38,412 bases of DNA, from assembly GCA_050694015.1 (NCBI GenBank), contig JBOGWY010000297.1, positions 1 through 38,412 of the forward strand, written 5' to 3'. This document shows positions 7,909-16,912 of this stretch, piece by piece. This stretch comes from Actinomycetota bacterium. GTDB lineage: Bacteria; Actinomycetota; CADDZG01; WHSQ01. Within the stretch, counting starts at the first letter, position 1. Each line of letters starts with the position of its first letter. The notes beneath the pieces are model-generated. The model did no database searches and had not been told where the DNA came from. It was given only the letters and a program-made list of their open reading frames with translations. The translations under genes were made by a program, and so were the position numbers.

Positions 7909-10776
7909 GTGCTCCTCCCAGTCATCTTCGCGACGTGTCTCTTGCTCGTCGCGGTCCAAGCGATCCGGCGCCCGATGCTGCGCCGCCTTGCGATCCGCGA
8001 CGCGGTTCGTCGTCCGGGCGAGACGGCTCTCGTCATCGCCGGCAGCCTCCTCGGGACCGCGCTGATCACCGGAAGCTTCATCGTCGGCGACACACTCGAT
8101 TCCTCCATCAAAGCGACCGCGTACACGAAGCTGGGCCCCGTCGACGAGGTCGTGACCACGCCGACGGAGAGGATCGCGGCGCGTATCGTCGAGAACCTGC
8201 GCGCCGTCGATGATCCCGATATCGACGGAGTCACCTCGCTCGTGACGGCGGACGGCGCGTTCACGTCGAAGGCATCGGGCAAGAGACGAGCCGAGCCGGA
8301 CGGGCAGATCATCGAGCTCGACTTCGACGCGGCCGAGGAGTTCGGGAGCGATCCGGCGGTCGGCGGCATCCGTGGTGCCACCCCCGACGAGGGCGAGGTG
8401 GTCATCACGCAGGATCTGGCCGACGAGATCCGCGTGGCGGCCGGAGACGACCTCACCGCCTTCCTCTATGGGGACAAACTAGAACTCCGGGTCGACCGCG
8501 TGATCCCGACCGTCGGCGTGGCCGGCTTCTCTCTGGACTTCGGCACTCGCTCGCCCAACGGGTTCGTCGCTCCGGGCACCCTGGATGCGCTTGATACCAA
8601 GGAGCTACCTCCCGGAGTCGTTCCGCCCAGCTCGATCGTGATCGTGTCGAACCGCGGCGGCGTGGAAGAAGGCGCCGCCCTCACCGATGACGTCACCGAT
8701 GTGATCGAAGAAGCGTTCCCCGAAGGCGCGGCGCTGCGCGTGGAAGAGGTCAAGAAGGACACACTCGATGCGGCTGAGGTCCAGGGCGACGCGTTCTCCG
8801 AGATCTTCGTCAGTATCGGTGCGTTCGCGATCATCGCCGGCGTCCTCTTGCTCGTGAACATCTTCGTGATGCTCTCCGAGGAGCGGAAATCACAGCTCGG
8901 CATGCTGCGTGCCGTGGGGATGCGGCGGGGTTACCTCGTCCGGACCTTCGTCATCGAAGGCGCGATGTATTCGTTGATCTCGAGTGCACTCGGCGCGGTG
9001 CTCGGCATCGGCGTCGGGTGGGCGATCGTGAAGCTGGCGGCCCCCATCTTCGCCGGCTTCGGCGATTTCTCCCTCGACCTCCTCTTCGACTTCGAGTCGG
9101 ACAGCATCGTGACCGGCTTCTGCGCCGGGGGCCTCATCTCGTTGTTGACCGTCTTCTTTACGAGCTTCCGGATCAGCAGGGTGAACATCATCCGCGCCAT
9201 CCGCGATCTGCCCGAGCCGCGCGCCGAACGGGCTCGGTTGGCCACCGTTCTCCTGGGCGCGGGCTTCTCATTGTCCTCGCTTGCGGCCTTCATCGTCACG
9301 CTCGGCAACGAGGACGCGTGGGTGGTCGCGATCCTCGGCCCACCCTTCGCGCTACTGGGTCTGTTGCCGCTCGCCAGTCGTTTCGTGCCTCGTCGGACCG
9401 CGGTCCTGTTCGTGGCCGCGCTGTCGTTGTTCTGGGGGATCTTCGGCAACGGCATCCTCGACGAGCAGTTCTTCGAGGGCGGCGAGATCTTCGCCTTCGT
9501 GGTCCAGGGGGTCCTGCTGACTTTCTCCGCGGTGATGCTCTTGACGCAGGCGCAGGAAACTCTCGAGGGTGGTATCCGGCGCGTCGCAGCTCGGCGCCTA
9601 CCGCTCCGTTTGAGCATCGCCTATCCACTCGCGCACCGCTTCCGAACCGGTCTGACGCTCGGGATGTTCGCGCTCGTCATCTTCACGATGACCTTTATCG
9701 CCACGCTTTCGAACGTCTTCGGGGGTCAGGTAGAGACCGCTGCGGCCAAGGAAGGCGGTTTCGAGATCCTCGTGACGTCGAACACAACGAACCCCCCACC
9801 GCCGAACGAACTTGCGGAGATCGACGGCGTCGAGTCGGTGACGACGTTGCTATCAGGTTTCGCGCTGTTCACGGCCGAGGAGTTCCCGGAACCCGAGCCA
9901 TGGCCGGCGAGCGGCGTCGACGCCTCGTTCGTCGAGGGTGGCCCTCCGAGTCTCGGAGAACGTGCGGAGGAGTACGAGTCCGATCGGGCCGTCTGGGAGG
10001 CGCTCGTCGACGACCCCACCAAGGTCGTCATCCCGTCGTTCCTCTTCCAGGAGGGCGGCGGTCCTCCCAGTGCCCTGATCGAGCCCGGCGACGAGCTGAA
10101 CGTGACCAACCCCGTCTCGGGCGAGCGCGTGACCCGGACCGTCGCGGGCGTCGTCGAGAACGACGTCGCGTTCTCCGGGGTCTACATGCCGAAGTCCGCC
10201 ATGAGGGAAGTGGTCGGTCGGCGCGCGGCAGCGGCTCGCTTCTACGTAGAGACCTCGGAGGATCCGCGCGAGGCGAGCCGCGTCGCGGACGATATCCAGG
10301 CACGTTTCGTCGCGAACGGCGTCGAGGCGCGGACGTTCCGATCGCTCGTGGAGGAGAACCAGCAGATATCGCTCCAATTCTTCCGACTTATGCAGGGATA
10401 TCTGGCGTTGGGACTCCTCATCGGGATCGCGGGTCTCGGAGTCGTCATGGTGCGAGCGGTGCGCGAGCGACGGCGTGAGGTCGGTGTCCTGCGCTCACTG
10501 GGGTTCATGGTCAGACAGATCCGCCGCGCGTTCGTCCTCGAGTCGGGGTTCGTGGCCTTCGAGGGCATCCTGATCGGAGCGGCTCTCGCCCTTGTAACCG
10601 CGGCGCAGCTGATCGCTACCGGGGAGTTCGGCGAGAACATCGCGTTCATCATCCCGTGGCCGAACCTGTCGATCCTCACGCTCGGCTCGCTCGTCGCCTC
10701 GCTCCTCGCGACTGCCTGGCCGGCCCAGCAGGCATCCCAGATCCCACCCGCGGCCGCCCTCCGGATAGCGGACTAA
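7909..10776 (+). CDS. ABC transporter permease, FtsX/MacB-like with two FtsX-type membrane domains and large extracytoplasmic regions
   Basis: 955 aa with repeated hydrophobic 4-helix blocks (around the 8800-9500 and 10380-10770 nt regions). GTG starts 1 nt after the ATPase TGA. Confidence 0.85.
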   Translation: MLLPVIFATCLLLVAVQAIRRPMLRRLAIRDAVRRPGETALVIAGSLLGTALITGSFIVGDTLDSSIKATAYTKLGPVDEVVTTPTERIAARIVENLRAVDDPDIDGVTSLVTADGAFTSKASGKRRAEPDGQIIELDFDAAEEFGSDPAVGGIRGATPDEGEVVITQDLADEIRVAAGDDLTAFLYGDKLELRVDRVIPTVGVAGFSLDFGTRSPNGFVAPGTLDALDTKELPPGVVPPSSIVIVSNRGGVEEGAALTDDVTDVIEEAFPEGAALRVEEVKKDTLDAAEVQGDAFSEIFVSIGAFAIIAGVLLLVNIFVMLSEERKSQLGMLRAVGMRRGYLVRTFVIEGAMYSLISSALGAVLGIGVGWAIVKLAAPIFAGFGDFSLDLLFDFESDSIVTGFCAGGLISLLTVFFTSFRISRVNIIRAIRDLPEPRAERARLATVLLGAGFSLSSLAAFIVTLGNEDAWVVAILGPPFALLGLLPLASRFVPRRTAVLFVAALSLFWGIFGNGILDEQFFEGGEIFAFVVQGVLLTFSAVMLLTQAQETLEGGIRRVAARRLPLRLSIAYPLAHRFRTGLTLGMFALVIFTMTFIATLSNVFGGQVETAAAKEGGFEILVTSNTTNPPPPNELAEIDGVESVTTLLSGFALFTAEEFPEPEPWPASGVDASFVEGGPPSLGERAEEYESDRAVWEALVDDPTKVVIPSFLFQEGGGPPSALIEPGDELNVTNPVSGERVTRTVAGVVENDVAFSGVYMPKSAMREVVGRRAAAARFYVETSEDPREASRVADDIQARFVANGVEARTFRSLVEENQQISLQFFRLMQGYLALGLLIGIAGLGVVMVRAVRERRREVGVLRSLGFMVRQIRRAFVLESGFVAFEGILIGAALALVTAAQLIATGEFGENIAFIIPWPNLSILTLGSLVASLLATAWPAQQASQIPPAAALRIAD

Positions 10777-10811
10777 GAAAACCTGTCATACCCCCCACCT
10801 AGCGTGGAGAC

Positions 10812-12176
10812 ATGAAAGCCGAGCGTGCAGAACATCGTTGCGGTGCGTGCGGATACCGGTCCCCCCGGTGGTTCGGACGGTGCCCCGAATGCGACGCGTG
10901 GAGCAGCGCGCAGGACGTCCCCAGGACCAAGCACCCTGCAACGCAACTATCGGTCGTGACCGCACTCGGCGGTGCCGCGCAGACACCGGCACGACTCGCC
11001 ACCGGAGACGGCGAAGTGGATCGCGTCCTCGGCGGCGGCCTGGTGCGCGGCTCGGTCGTGCTCCTCGCCGGCGAGCCCGGCATCGGCAAGTCGACGCTTG
11101 TGCTGCAGATGCTGCACGGCCTCACCTCCGCAGACGCGCGTTGCCTCCTCGTGACCGGCGAGGAATCCCTCGACCAGGTCGCCCTTCGCGCCGATCGCCT
11201 CGGCGTCCCCGTCGGGTCGCTGCGCGCCGCCGCGTCGACGTCGTTGGACGAGATCGTTGCGGCCGCCGCCGCCGAGACGGCCGACGTCCTGGTCGTGGAT
11301 TCGATCCAGACGGTCGAGGACGCCTCACTCGAGCAGGGGGCAGGATCCATCACGCAGGTCCGCGACTGCGCGGCAGCGCTGGTTCGATTCGCGAAGCGGA
11401 CCGGCACGATCGTCGTGATCGTGGGTCACGTGACGAAGGAAGGTTCCGTCGCAGGTCCGAAGACGCTCGAACACATGGTGGACGTCGTACTCGCCCTCGA
11501 AGGCGAACGCAGCGGAACGATGCGCCTGCTACGGAGTTCGAAGAACCGGTTCGGTTCGTGTGACGAGACCGGCGTGTTCACGATGTCCGAGTCCGGTCTC
11601 GAAGACGTCGAAGACCCGTCGGCGCTCCTCCTCGCCGATCGCAACGTAGGCGTCGCAGGATCCATCGTGTTCCCCAGTCTCGAAGGAACGCGTCCCGTGC
11701 TCGTAGAGGTCCAAGCCTTGTTGATCGACGCGAACAACAATCCGCACCCGCGGCGCGTCGCGATCGGTTTCGATCCCAAGCGCCTCGCGCTGATGCTCGG
11801 TGTGTTGTCGAAGCTCGACGCGCGCGTGATGACCCACGACGTCTTCGTCGCGGCCGCCGGGGGGATCGCGGTGCGCGAACCCGCGGCCGACCTTCCTTTG
11901 TGTCTCGCGATCATGTCGGCGCTCTCGAACCACGTGATCGATCCCGGCACGATCGCCGTGGGCGAAGTGGGACTGGGCGGCGAGGTCCGGAGGGTGCCGG
12001 GGATCGCGCGTCGCCTGGCCGAAGCCGAGCGTCTCGGGTTCTCGTCCGCGGTCGTGCCGCACGCGGCGGAGGTGGGCGGCCGGACCATCGACGCGCGACC
12101 CGTGCGCGCGGTGCATGCTGCTGTGGGCGCCGCGCTCGGTACCACCGCCGGCGCGCGCCGGCGTCCGTCGGGGTAG
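10812..12176 (+). CDS. radA: DNA repair protein RadA/Sms
   Basis: N-terminal zinc ribbon CGACGYRSPRWFGRCPECDAW, Walker A GEPGIGKST, KNRFG motif, Lon-like C-terminal domain. Confidence 0.95.
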   Translation: MKAERAEHRCGACGYRSPRWFGRCPECDAWSSAQDVPRTKHPATQLSVVTALGGAAQTPARLATGDGEVDRVLGGGLVRGSVVLLAGEPGIGKSTLVLQMLHGLTSADARCLLVTGEESLDQVALRADRLGVPVGSLRAAASTSLDEIVAAAAAETADVLVVDSIQTVEDASLEQGAGSITQVRDCAAALVRFAKRTGTIVVIVGHVTKEGSVAGPKTLEHMVDVVLALEGERSGTMRLLRSSKNRFGSCDETGVFTMSESGLEDVEDPSALLLADRNVGVAGSIVFPSLEGTRPVLVEVQALLIDANNNPHPRRVAIGFDPKRLALMLGVLSKLDARVMTHDVFVAAAGGIAVREPAADLPLCLAIMSALSNHVIDPGTIAVGEVGLGGEVRRVPGIARRLAEAERLGFSSAVVPHAAEVGGRTIDARPVRAVHAAVGAALGTTAGARRRPSG

Positions 12177-12191
12177 TTACGGAGCTTGCTG

Positions 12192-12200
12192 TGCTAAAAT
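12192..12200 (+). promoter_or_regulatory. Extended -10-like element TGcTAAAAT upstream of carD
   Basis: gtgctaaaat at 12191-12200, in the radA-carD spacer. Confidence 0.35.
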
Positions 12201-12212
12201 CGGTTTCTGAAA

Positions 12213-12236
12213 GGCTTCGTTGAAGCCCCCTTTTTT
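12213..12236 (+). terminator. Terminator-like hairpin with a T6 run between radA and carD
   Basis: ggcttc-gtt-gaagcc followed by ccctttttt, with an A-rich stretch (gaaa) upstream. Confidence 0.45.
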
Positions 12237-12282
12237 CGGCCAAAGTGCCGCTATCGAATCGAGTCGTAGGAGGAACTGCCGG

Positions 12283-12765
12283 GTGAGCTTTCGCGTAGGT
12301 GACAAGGTCGTTTACCCCCACCACGGCGCCGCCGTCATCGAGGGTCTCGAGAACAAGGAACTATTCGGCGAGAAGCGGAAGTACTACATCCTCAAGCTTG
12401 CCTACGGTGAGCTGACGTTGATGGTGCCCGTGGACTCGACCGAAGAGGTCGGCCTCCGCCAGGTGACCCCATCGAAGGAGGTCCCCAAGGTCCTCAAGGT
12501 CCTCAAGAAGCAGGAACCCACGACGAACACCACCAACTGGTCGCGTCGGTTCAAGGCCAACGTCGAGAAGCTCCGTTCGGGCGACATCTATCAGGTCGCC
12601 GACGTCGTTCGCAGCCTCCACCAGCGCGACAAGGAGAAGGGCCTCGCTGCGGGCGAGAAGCGGATGCTCACCAAGGCGCGCCAGATCCTCGTCTCGGAAC
12701 TCACTTTCTCGAAGAACTGCAACGAGGAAGAGGCCGAGAAGATGCTCGACGAGGTACTCGGATAA
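12283..12765 (+). CDS. carD: CarD/CdnL family RNA polymerase-binding transcription factor
   Basis: FRVGDKVVYPHHGAAVIEG...RKYYILKL... SD GTAGGAGGAA lies about 8 nt upstream of GTG 12283, giving the typical 160 aa length. Confidence 0.9.
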   Translation: MSFRVGDKVVYPHHGAAVIEGLENKELFGEKRKYYILKLAYGELTLMVPVDSTEEVGLRQVTPSKEVPKVLKVLKKQEPTTNTTNWSRRFKANVEKLRSGDIYQVADVVRSLHQRDKEKGLAAGEKRMLTKARQILVSELTFSKNCNEEEAEKMLDEVLG

Positions 12766-12857
12766 CGGCACTTCCTCGTGCAACCGCGGCGATAGTCCCC
12801 GCCGCAGGGATCGGAGAGCGCGCTCGAACAAACGAGAGCGATCCACCCAAGCAATTC

Positions 12858-13463
12858 GTGACGCTAGGCGGTCGTCCCATGTTCATGTGGGCCGTCGACG
12901 CGCTCCTCATGGCGGGATGCGATCCGGTCGTCCTCGTTGTGCCTCCGGTCATGATCGACACCGCGCAGGCGCTGACCGAGATGCCCGGCGCGATTCAGTT
13001 CACGGGTGGAGGAGCCACGCGTCAGGAATCCGTCTCGCATGGTCTCGAGCGTGTGACGACGGATGCGGTCGTCGTTCACGACGCCGCGCGGCCGTTCGTC
13101 ACCGGCGACCTCGTGCGGGACGTGATGGCGGCGCTCGAGGACGCAGACGCGGTCGTGGCCGCCGTTCCGATGGATGAGACGCTCAAGCGCGCAACGGTCG
13201 GCGATGCTCCCGTTACCGTGAAGGGAACCGTCGATCGCTCCGATCTGTGGCGCGCGCAAACGCCGGCGGCGTTCCGGACGGAGGTGCTGCGCGATGCCCA
13301 CAGCCGCGCCCGGGCCGAGGGTTTCGTCGGCACCGACGAGTCGTCCCTGGTGGAGAGGTACGGCGGTGTGGTCAGGGTGGTGCTGGGAACGCGTTCGAAC
13401 TTGAAGGTCACCTTCCCCGAGGATTTCGCGGTGGCCGAGGCGATGATGGCGACGCGCAAGTGA
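12858..13463 (+). CDS. ispD: 2-C-methyl-D-erythritol 4-phosphate cytidylyltransferase (IspD). Coordinates run from the first canonical in-frame start, but the conserved N-terminal motif lies upstream in frame from about 12783 (see findings).
   Basis: IspD-like body (VVHDAARPFV..., TLKR..., DRSDLWRAQTPAAF). In-frame upstream translation reads ATAAIVPAAGIGERARTNESDPPKQFVTLGGRP. Confidence 0.85.
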   Translation: MTLGGRPMFMWAVDALLMAGCDPVVLVVPPVMIDTAQALTEMPGAIQFTGGGATRQESVSHGLERVTTDAVVVHDAARPFVTGDLVRDVMAALEDADAVVAAVPMDETLKRATVGDAPVTVKGTVDRSDLWRAQTPAAFRTEVLRDAHSRARAEGFVGTDESSLVERYGGVVRVVLGTRSNLKVTFPEDFAVAEAMMATRK

Positions 13464-13945
13464 CGCGGGTCGGGCTGGGATTCGACGCTCACGCCTTCGA
13501 CGCGAGCCGCAGGCTGGTGCTCGGCGGCGTGCTGATCCCCGACTCGCCGGGCCTCGAGGGGCACTCCGATGCCGACGTGCTGTGCCACAGCATCGCCGAC
13601 GCGCTCCTCGGCGCCGCCGGTCTGGGCGATCTCGGTTCGAGCTTCCCCGACGACGACACGTGGCGGGACGCATCAAGTCTGTTGATCCTGGAGGAGACCG
13701 CACGGATGGTGGCGGCGGCGGGGTGGACGATCTCGAACGTCGACGCGACGGTGGTCGGCGAGGCCCCGCGGCTGGCGCCGTATCGCGACCAGATGACCGG
13801 GGCGATCTCCGAGGCTCTCGGAGTGATCGCCGGGATCGTCTCGGTGAAGGCGACGACGACCGACCGGATGGGCTTCACCGGAAGAAGCGAGGGGATCGCG
13901 GCTATGGCGGTGGCCGCCCTCGAGCGGTCCCGGGAAGGGAACTAA
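13460..13945 (+). CDS. ispF: 2-C-methyl-D-erythritol 2,4-cyclodiphosphate synthase (IspF)
   Basis: VTRVGLGFDAHAF...GHSDADVLCHSIADALLGAAGLGDLGSSFP... GTGA overlap with the ispD stop. Confidence 0.93.
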   Translation: MTRVGLGFDAHAFDASRRLVLGGVLIPDSPGLEGHSDADVLCHSIADALLGAAGLGDLGSSFPDDDTWRDASSLLILEETARMVAAAGWTISNVDATVVGEAPRLAPYRDQMTGAISEALGVIAGIVSVKATTTDRMGFTGRSEGIAAMAVAALERSREGN

Positions 13946-13954
13946 GGTTCCGGC

Positions 13955-15400
13955 ATGGCGATCCAGGTACACGATTCGTTATCCAAGAAGCTGGTGCCGT
14001 TCCACCCGCGCGATGAGGGCCGGGTCACGATGTACGCGTGTGGCCCGACCGTCTACAACTTCATCCACATCGGGAACGCACGCACGCTGTTGTGGTTCGA
14101 CTTCATCCGTCGTTACCTGATCTACCGCGGCTACGACGTCACCTATGTCATGAACTACACCGACGTCGACGACAAGATCATCGAACGCGCCAAGCTCGAG
14201 GGCATCCCGCCGGACGGCATCACTCGCAAGTACACCGATGCGTTCGAGAAGGACATGGAAGGGCTCGGTGTTGAAGCCGCCGACATCGTCGTCCGCGCGA
14301 CCGACCACATCGAAGACATGGTGGCGACGATCCAGGACCTCATCGAGAAGGGATCGGCCTACGAAGCCGACGGAAACGTGTGGTTCGCGGTCGATGCGTT
14401 CGAGGGTTACGGCAAGCTGTCCGGGCGCACTCTCGACGACATGAGGGCCGGCGAACGGATCGAGCCTCATCCCGGTAAACGGCATCCGCTCGACTTCGCG
14501 CTGTGGAAGTCGGCGAAGGAGGGCGAACCGTCGTGGCCGTCGCCGTGGGGGGCCGGGCGGCCCGGGTGGCACATCGAGTGCTCGGTGATGTCGACGAAGT
14601 ACCTCGACATGGGCTTCGACATCCACGGTGGCGCGACCGATCTGATCTTTCCGCACCACGAGAACGAGATCGCGCAGGCGGAGGCCGCGACGGGTACCGA
14701 ACCGTTCGTGCGGCACTGGATGCATGCCGGGCTCGTGCAGATGGAAGCGGAGAAGATGTCGAAGTCGCTCGGCAACTTCGTGCTCGCGAAGGACATCCTC
14801 GCAAACATGCCGGGCGAGGCCGTGCGCTACTGGGCGCTGATAGGCTCGTACCGTAGTCAGGTGACGTTCTCCGACGCGTCGCTGCAGGACGCGGGCCAGA
14901 GCTACGACCGGTGGAAGACGTTCAAAGAGGCGACCGAGCACCTCCTGGGTGACGACATGCCGACGCTGGATGCCATACCTCGCCGGCCTGTGTCCGACGA
15001 TGTGGATGGGCCCTCTGTCGCTCGCTTCATCGCCGCGCTCGACGACGACTTTAATTCCGCCGAGGCGTTCGCCGCGCTGCACGACCTGGTGCGCGAAGGG
15101 AACCGGCAGCTCTCCGCCGGACAGCACGGTGATGAGACGGAACGCAAGGCCCTCATCGGCACCGCCGCAACTTTCCTAGAGCTCACGCACGTACTCGGCT
15201 TCCGTTTCGCGAGTGCCGCGGCGGACTCGCAGCTGACCGCCGGACTCATCGATTACCTCCTCGAGCTTCGTGACCAGGCTCGTGCCGAGAAAGCATTCGA
15301 TCGTGCGGACGCGATCCGGGCCAAGCTGCATGAACTCGGCGTCACGATCGAAGACACGCCCGCCGGCACGCGCCGGCGCACCGTTGGCGCGGCCCACTAA
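13955..15400 (+). CDS. cysS: Cysteine--tRNA ligase
   Basis: HIGN (class I HIGH) and KMSKS motifs, CGPTVYNFIHIGNAR. Confidence 0.96.
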   Translation: MAIQVHDSLSKKLVPFHPRDEGRVTMYACGPTVYNFIHIGNARTLLWFDFIRRYLIYRGYDVTYVMNYTDVDDKIIERAKLEGIPPDGITRKYTDAFEKDMEGLGVEAADIVVRATDHIEDMVATIQDLIEKGSAYEADGNVWFAVDAFEGYGKLSGRTLDDMRAGERIEPHPGKRHPLDFALWKSAKEGEPSWPSPWGAGRPGWHIECSVMSTKYLDMGFDIHGGATDLIFPHHENEIAQAEAATGTEPFVRHWMHAGLVQMEAEKMSKSLGNFVLAKDILANMPGEAVRYWALIGSYRSQVTFSDASLQDAGQSYDRWKTFKEATEHLLGDDMPTLDAIPRRPVSDDVDGPSVARFIAALDDDFNSAEAFAALHDLVREGNRQLSAGQHGDETERKALIGTAATFLELTHVLGFRFASAAADSQLTAGLIDYLLELRDQARAEKAFDRADAIRAKLHELGVTIEDTPAGTRRRTVGAAH

Positions 15401-16157
15401 GGGCCCGCGTTCGTCGGAGGCTCCCTCCGTCGTCTCGGGTCGGAGACCGGTCCTCGAACTCCTCAAGGCGGGCCGTTCCGCCGAGCGGATCCTGATCTCC
15501 CGCGACCTCGCGCCGTCCTCAATCGTGGGGGAGATCCGCAAGCGTGCCGAGGGCGCCGCGATCCCGGTCCGTCTCGTTCCCAAGGAGCAGGTCGACCGGT
15601 CGGCCGGCGGCACGAATCATCAGGGCGTCGTCGCCATCGCCGGCGAGTACCGCTACGAACCTCTCGAGAGGCTCCTCTCGCAGCCGTCACCGTCGTTGCT
15701 GTTCCTCGACGGTTTGACGGACCCCCACAACCTCGGCTCCCTCCTCCGCAGCGCCGACGGCGCCGGCTTCGCAGGCGTCGTGATCCCGGCGCACCGCTCC
15801 GTCGGTGTCACCACTGCCGTCCGTCGGGTGTCGGCCGGGGCGGCCGAGGTTGTGCCGGTGGCCCGGGTCACGAACCTGGGCCGGGCGCTGGACGAGGCGC
15901 AGCGAGCGGGGGTCTGGCTCGTGGGGATGGACGAGAAAGCCGAGCACGACGTCTATACCTCTCCCGCCCTGGAGCCCCCGGTCGGTCTGGTTCTTGGGTC
16001 TGAAGACAGGGGACTGTCGCCGAATGTCAAAAAGAGGTGTGACGACGTGGTGAGGATCCCCTCTCGGGGGCGTATCGCCTCGCTGAATGTGGCAGTCGCC
16101 GGGGCGGTCGCGATGTTTGAGATCGCCCGCCGCCGAGATGCGTCAGCTACTCTGTAG
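15330..16157 (+). CDS. rlmB: 23S rRNA (guanosine-2'-O-)-methyltransferase RlmB (SpoU/TrmH family)
   Basis: SpoU substrate-binding domain (GRRPVLELLKAGRSAERILI) and SpoU methylase domain (LDGLTDPHNLGSLLRSA..., IPSRGRIASLNVAVAGA). The start is uncertain: ATG 15330 or GTG 15270, both inside cysS. There is no canonical start between the cysS stop and the conserved domain. Confidence 0.8.
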   Translation: MNSASRSKTRPPARAGAPLARPTKGPRSSEAPSVVSGRRPVLELLKAGRSAERILISRDLAPSSIVGEIRKRAEGAAIPVRLVPKEQVDRSAGGTNHQGVVAIAGEYRYEPLERLLSQPSPSLLFLDGLTDPHNLGSLLRSADGAGFAGVVIPAHRSVGVTTAVRRVSAGAAEVVPVARVTNLGRALDEAQRAGVWLVGMDEKAEHDVYTSPALEPPVGLVLGSEDRGLSPNVKKRCDDVVRIPSRGRIASLNVAVAGAVAMFEIARRRDASATL

Positions 16158-16223
16158 CGGTCGTCGACGGCGGCGACGGATGTTCGACGCGGGCAGCTGA
16201 GGCGCCCGCGGGGGGAAACAGGG

Positions 16224-16859
16224 ATGCCCGACACTCTGATCGAGGTATCAGACGAGGAACTTGTAGAGCGCGCCCGCGGGGGCAACGAGATTGCGCTCGA
16301 GGGGCTCCTCAATCGATATCGCCACTACGCGCGCGCGAAGGCACGCACCTATTTCCTCGCGGGCGCGGATAAAGAGGACATCGTCCAGGAAGGGATGATC
16401 GGCCTCTTCAAGGCGGTGCGCGATTTCCAGGCCGACAAGAACACCGCGTTCCGCGCCTTCGCCGAGCTCTGCATCACTCGTCAGATCATCACCGCGATCA
16501 AGACGGCGACCCGGCAGAAACACATCCCGCTCAACTCTTACGTCTCGCTCAACAAACCTGCGTCGAACGGAGAGGGTGAGGAGCGTCCTCTCGAAGAAGC
16601 ACTCGTACACAGTTCGCACGACGATCCTGCCGATCTCGTCATCTCTGCCGAAGAGATCGCCAACATCAAAGAATCGATGGGGCGGTTGCTGTCCGATCTC
16701 GAGACCGAGGTGCTGCAGCTCTACATGGACGGCAAGTCGTACCAGGAGATCGCCGACATGCTGGGCCGCCACGTGAAATCGATCGACAATGCACTCCAGC
16801 GCATCAAGCGCAAGCTGGAACAACACCTGGAGACACGCAAGACCGAAGTAGCCGGCTAG
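16224..16859 (+). CDS. sigH: Sigma-70 family sigma factor of the Bacillus Spo0H/SigH type
   Basis: Long near-identical blocks to B. subtilis SigH as I recall it: AKARTYFLAGADKEDIVQEGMIGLFKAVRDF, FAELCITRQIITAIKTATRQKHIPLNSYVSLNKP, SYQEIADMLGRHVKSIDNALQRIKRKLE. Confidence 0.85.
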   Translation: MPDTLIEVSDEELVERARGGNEIALEGLLNRYRHYARAKARTYFLAGADKEDIVQEGMIGLFKAVRDFQADKNTAFRAFAELCITRQIITAIKTATRQKHIPLNSYVSLNKPASNGEGEERPLEEALVHSSHDDPADLVISAEEIANIKESMGRLLSDLETEVLQLYMDGKSYQEIADMLGRHVKSIDNALQRIKRKLEQHLETRKTEVAG

Positions 16860-16912
16860 ACGAGGCTGTCTCGCTCGCGGTTTTTGTCACACCCCCTCAC
16901 TAAGGTGAGGGC

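Noticed and set aside
16894-16911. Hairpin ccctcac-taag-gtgaggg as an SD-sequestering element or sigH terminator
   Set aside because: There is no T-run after it. Its loop and 3' arm coincide with the cacTAAGGT -10-like box that recurs upstream of cysS, so the promoter (leaderless) reading seems at least as likely. It is left unresolved rather than called.
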